Origin: Zygophlyctis sp. KS116
Lineage: Eukaryota; Fungi; Chytridiomycota
DNA: 12,921 nt
NCBI GenBank assembly: GCA_054661495.1
Contig: BAAFSQ010000285.1
Location: 1-12,921, forward strand
Direction: 5' to 3'
In this document: positions 8,262 to 12,921 of the stretch, in pieces
Position numbering within the stretch: position 1 is the stretch's first letter
Layout of the letters: every line of letters begins with the position of its first letter
Program-made: the position numbers and the translations under genes
The notes under the pieces: generated by a model
Told to the model about the DNA's origin: nothing
What the model saw: the letters and a program-made list of their open reading frames with translations, nothing else
Database searches by the model: none

Positions 8262-11200
8262 TCATTTAGGAGCAGTATTTTTAGATCCTAACTCTCCCAA
8301 CTGCCAATAATTCGTGTATGAAAATGATGAAAATGCCTGATAACTATTTTTACGTTTCTGCGAAGGGTCAATGGTGGTGTCATTGCCCTTTGATGCCAAG
8401 TCAGGAGCGAATTCCTGATCTTTAGGGGAATCTCCATCAATTTCGATTGTATCGTGAATGGAGCAGCTTGAATACGTTCTATCCATTTGAATATCACTCC
8501 TATCGTCAACTAAACCTTCTTCACGAGCAATAGCATCCATTGAAAATCTGTAATCACCCCTCGAATTACGGCCTAAAATTATGAAGGTTTAACTTTACCA
8601 TCGAAATAGCTAGTATCTAATTTATCGTCAGGACGAGGGATAAACGGGGCAGACATTTCTCGGACAGTTTTCCAATCAACACCTTTAAAATACGGGCTTC
8701 CTTTGATATCTTCCGCTTTAAATCTAAACATAGGATCAGGATTCAAAAGTCCTTGGATCACATTTTTTGAATCAATAGATGTTTCATTTCCGAGCGGCCA
8801 CTCAATTTCTACAAGTTAGCGATTAAATTTTTTTACCAAAAGCACCTCGAGTATAGTTAATAATATTACTGAAAATAGCTTCAGGCGTTGCATCCGTAAA
8901 TGGTGGAAAACCATGTAGCCATTCATACAGACAAATACCCAAGCTCCACCAATCCACTTCAAGACTGTGTTCAAAGCCCAATAGTAATTCAGACGCTAAA
9001 TAATCAGGAGTCCCTAAAAGTGGCCTCGTATGATTACGATCTCGGGCGCGCTGAATTGAAGATTTCAAATCTGTATGTGCAGGACTTTCTTCAGAGCCTG
9101 AAATCAAGCTGTTAGTAGGTTCCATTTGAGGTTCCGATACAATTGCTTTTTTGTCAATGGTCTTACTCCTATAACGAATAGCATTAAGGCGCGTGAGAGT
9201 TTCGCTTGTTGAGACCCCGTAAAAAGTCGATTCCTGACCTGGAACCGAAATCCTAGATAATCCAAAGTCCGTTAGCTTTATATGACCTTCTTCGTCAAGC
9301 AAAATATTATCAGGCTTAAGATCCCGATGAGTTATTCCATTCTTGTGCAAATATTCCAGCGCCAGTGTTACTTCAGCAGTATAAATTGTTGCCATAGCTT
9401 CAGGAAACACACCCCACACAGTCAAAAGACTGGCCAAATCACCTTACTTCAAAATGATATAAATACCTCCAATCAGATACTCCATAACTAAATACAATTG
9501 ATTTAAGCTCTGAAAAGCGTAATACAGCTGGACCACGAAAGGATTCTTTGTTAAAGACATAGCTTTTCGTTCTGCAAGAACGTGAGAGACCATGTTCTTT
9601 CGTATCATATCATCTTTAAGCAGAATTTTGATTGCATATAGATCTTCCGTTGTTTTCTTTTGGGCCAAATAAACTTTGCTTAAAATTACAATTTTGCATA
9701 ACTTACCCAAAGGCACCACGCGAAATTGGCTTGATGAGATTGAAATCAGTAATCGAAGGCTGAACTGATTTGTCCTAATGTAAATTAATTTAAATGTTAC
9801 AGGACTATTTGTCGATCGATAAAAGCTGCCTTTCAAAAGGGCAGAAAATAAGGAAGTAAACTTTTTCGATGAAATATCATCTGCTGATTATATATTTTTA
9901 AATATACCGTTTTGATATTTCAAAGAAGGAGCGATAACAACTCCTGAATTTCTATTGGAACGCTTTCTACTATTCGCCTTATCAAATTTATGATATATAT
10001 CTGAGTATTTCTGATGGTACTCCAAAACATTGGCTAACTTTTCTTTAATCTATGCTATTTAGAAGAGCTAATTTCTTACAATGGTGATAATTTTCTTCCC
10101 AACGTCAATGAGATATCGGTCATAAATCAGTGACTCTGATGATTCCTGCAAATATCCTTCAAGTTTTTTCAAATTCTTATCAACTTCGTTCCGCTCAATC
10201 ATAGCTTGAGTTATTTCTTGAGTATATTTAAGCGATTTAGCTTTCATGTAATCGCATATTTTCTTAATGGCGGGCCACTCTGGATGCTCAGAATATTCCT
10301 TAATTTTATTTAAAATAAAGCTTACTCCTTTAAGCATTTTTCGACGACTTGTGATAATAGTTGCATATTTCTTCAGCTTATTATCGAACTCTGCCATTTT
10401 CACTTTGTATTCATGATCAAGTATACAAACGTTAGAATGCCGTTCAAACCCATTTTGTGGTACAAACTTTTCGCAAATGCGACATAATTTAACTGGGCCT
10501 TTCTCCGCTGGAAATATTTTCTTGATTAGTACTGGAGAAGAAGACAGTGGTGATGGTGATGGACTATTCCTTGATTGCCCCTCTACCTTGTATATATTAA
10601 TCACTAGAGGCCCATCAGCCACACCTGAAATCTTTGCCTTTAAAGATCCTGTTTCAGAAGCGGAATCAAACGTATCTTTCTTTGAAGAATCAGATCCTGA
10701 TCCATCAGAGACAAAGTTTTTTGTCAGAGAACTTGGACTTGAAAATTGTTTTGTAGTTTTAGGATTAAAAGCTTGCCGGAAAGATTTAAAAAGCAGATGA
10801 ATCCCACTTTTGTTTCTTGCGCTGGACGCTGCCTTGGTAACTTCTGGAGTTACAGACAGTGATTTCAATGAGGAAGCAACTGAATCATCACTTTCTGGTG
10901 TTAATCCTTTTGAATATTCAGAAAGGTCTTTTGAGGTCACATCAATTGATGAGACCGAATTCAATGAAGGCGCCTTTATATCCGTATTTACCTGAAGCGT
11001 GTCCGGATTTGAATTCTTTTTTAGAGAATCATCTATCCTTACAACTGAAAACTCTTCCCTCTGATTATAATTTTTCTATAAAATTAAAAATTAATGAAAA
11101 TCCCCTGCTTTGCTTGAGAACACTTACAAAAGACTCGGTTATTCTTAATAGCGGAGCAAAAATAAATAATAATTTTGTCAATAATTCATAAGCTTCAGAA

Positions 11201-11706
11201 TGTTCTCCACTAATATTCTTTTGAACTTCCAATTGATTTTGTAATTCTTTCATCAATATTGTTGCATTATCGGTATCAAGAAGTGCAATCACTGATGTTT
11301 GTAATATCCTGTAAGCTATATTTTCAACCTGTGTATAAATAGTTTCTACATTAAAGTATGATAAAGATAAAGAAGCCGGCGGCCAAGAATGGGCTCTAGA
11401 ACCTAACGATCGTGAATTTATGCAATCCCTCTTGACAGGGGCTAAACCAGGAATTGCAGCCATTGATTTATTTACATCATATGAAACTTGTGCATGATTA
11501 TTTTTATCAAATGATCGTAATAAACACTGTATAATATTATCCACTTGAGCCTTTGTTTTAATGAGTTCTTCGACAATTTCAGTGGCAGGAGAAATGTCTA
11601 AATCAGGCCTGAGTTCATTCATTGCACTCTCTGGTACTATAAGCTGTGCAGACGCCGATAAGTTTAAGTTTGTAACTTGATTGAGGGAAAGAGGCCGACG
11701 CTTCAT
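8262..11706 (-). CDS. AGC Ser/Thr kinase of the Greatwall/MASTL-Rim15/Cek1-IRE family, ~1059 aa. Exons 11706-11128, 11075-10326, 10298-10080, 10049-9908, 9883-9801, 9774-9707, 9678-9467, 9442-8837, 8808-8599, 8572-8262
   Basis: [65 protein letters not shown] + insert + GTPDYL, AGC tail [17 protein letters not shown], and a C2HC finger CRICE..HSNVC. The nine inferred introns give 3180 nt, a multiple of 3. Confidence 0.9.
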
Positions 11707-11920
11707 TGTCAGTTTGCGCTTTTCGGTGGACAGGTTTTATGGCTTTCGCGTGACTTTTAATCAATTTATGAATGCATCATTTTAGATCTTTACGATATTT
11801 GTCAAAATAAATAGATCAGACAATAAATGCAAATTATAATGAAATCAAGTCTTAAATGTACATGAGAAAATGTAGACATTGGGACATTTTCGTGCTATCG
11901 GTTAGGTTATAGTATTCTAA
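11707..11920. promoter_or_regulatory. 214-bp divergent promoter region kinase / RRM gene, with TTTCGCGT (ACGCGAAA on -) at 11744-11751
   Basis: Head-to-head ATGs; the motif resembles SCB/MCB/E2F sites. Confidence 0.4.
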
Positions 11921-12921
11921 ATGTCCAGAGATGGCCTTGTACAGTCTCAACCCATTATATCCTATCATGATATATCATATGATTATGATTCAATCGAAAC
12001 TTATTATGGGAAGGAAAATAATGAAAATAATTACAAGAATACAGGAAATATAGATGATAAATTAGATAACAATCAAACCACAAGAAATGGCTCACATAAG
12101 GATGAATCACCTACTTTATATATTGGCGGGTTGAGCTTTGGCTGTACTGAGGATGTCATCAGGGAGCATTTCTCTCGTTTTGGAACAATATTAAACATTC
12201 GCTTGGCAATGGATAGAGAAACTGGGAAGCCCAAAGGGTAATAATCTAATTTGAAATTAAATATTAGTTTTGCGCATATTGATTTTAGCGATGCAAGCGA
12301 GGCTACAAGTGCAATGAATTCAATGAATGGTGCAGATATTGAAGGACGAAGAATCCGGATTGATTACGCAGCCAGCAAATTATCTGGCGGGAGTGGTGGT
12401 AGCTCGAGGCGTTTCAGTAGGAATGATTCGGGTGCTGATAGATTTAATTCAGGCGATAATAGGTCATCATCATCAGCTAGAGGTTTTGATGGAAATGGTT
12501 CAAATGACTTTCATAGTTCCTCTCATTCTGCTTCTGGATGGGTTACAGGTTCTAATGCTCAACCTCTCAAGACTGAAACAGCTAATGACACAAGCTCTGG
12601 TGCTGGATGGGGAAACGATCCATCTCCTAATACAGGAAGTTCTGGTTGGGGAAATGAGCCATCTACTAATACAGGAAGTTCTGGCTGGGGTGAAACCACG
12701 GATGCCCAACGTCAAAGTTCAGCACCATCGGGATGGTCGTCGGGTCAGCAACCATCTTCAAATAATACCAGCGGGAATTTTGAATCCTCTCCAATGCCAC
12801 GCAGATCTGCTCGTGGTTTTGATGATAACACTGCAGGATCTTCCAAGGATGAATCACCTACTTTATATATTGGCGGGTTGAGCTTTGGCTGTACTGAGGA
12901 TGTCATCAGGGAGCATTTCTC
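11921..12921 (+). CDS. Multi-RRM RNA-binding protein with Gly/Ser-rich GW-repeat linker; runs off the right edge. Exons 11921-12237, 12268->12921
   Basis: RNP2 LYIGGL, RNP1 KG/FAHIDF across a 30-nt intron (12238-12267), MNGADIEGRRIRIDYA. The exon 2 frame (not in the ORF track) is open to the window end and begins a second RRM. Confidence 0.88.
12098..12174 (+). repeat. Direct repeat copy 1 (77 nt visible), start of RRM1
   Basis: aaggatgaatcacctact...gggagcatttctc is identical to 12845-12921. Confidence 0.97.
12605..12694 (+). repeat. 39-nt coding tandem repeat, ~2.3 copies (GWGNDPSPNTGSS / GWGNEPSTNTGSS / GWGE)
   Basis: Units start at 12605, 12644 and 12683; shared core ccatct(c/a)ctaatacaggaagttctgg. 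Confidence 0.93.
12845..12921 (+). repeat. Direct repeat copy 2 (truncated by window end), start of RRM2
   Basis: Identical to 12098-12174; offset 747 nt. Confidence 0.97.

Noticed and set aside
12327-12881. 184-aa ORF overlapping RRM exon 2, plus antisense ORFs 12500-12715 and 12666-12857
   Set aside because: Shadow frames of low-complexity Gly/Ser codons; the true frame continues the RRM.
1-12921. Functional gene cluster (UTP4+PIH1 snoRNP theme; Pcl cyclin+Rim15-like nutrient theme), or frameshifted pseudogenes / alternative genetic code
   Set aside because: Mixed housekeeping neighbours are expected in a compact genome; all frame breaks are resolved by canonical GT-AG introns under the standard code.

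Overview
AT-rich, extremely gene-dense eukaryotic DNA, most consistent with an early-diverging (chytrid-like) fungus; the taxonomy is inferred from gene content and intron size. Manual splicing gives eight protein-coding genes: a NoxB-like NADPH oxidase (-, 3'-truncated), UTP4 (+), GUCD1 (-), a Pcl1/2-type Pho85 cyclin (+), a YML020W-like alpha/beta hydrolase (+), PIH1 (+), a Greatwall/Rim15/IRE-type AGC kinase (-) and a 3'-truncated RRM protein (+). There are 23 inferred GT-AG introns, 20 of them only 24-30 nt, and convergent genes are 4-8 bp apart. The most interesting items are: (i) the RRM protein, whose Gly/Ser-rich linker carries spaced GW/GWG motifs resembling Argonaute hooks and whose RRM restarts as a nucleotide-identical copy 747 nt downstream; (ii) an open alternative frame that would fuse the cyclin to the hydrolase if one 26-nt intron were retained; (iii) the tiny-intron and overlapping 3'-end architecture. 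No rRNA, tRNA, CRISPR array or transposon was recognised.
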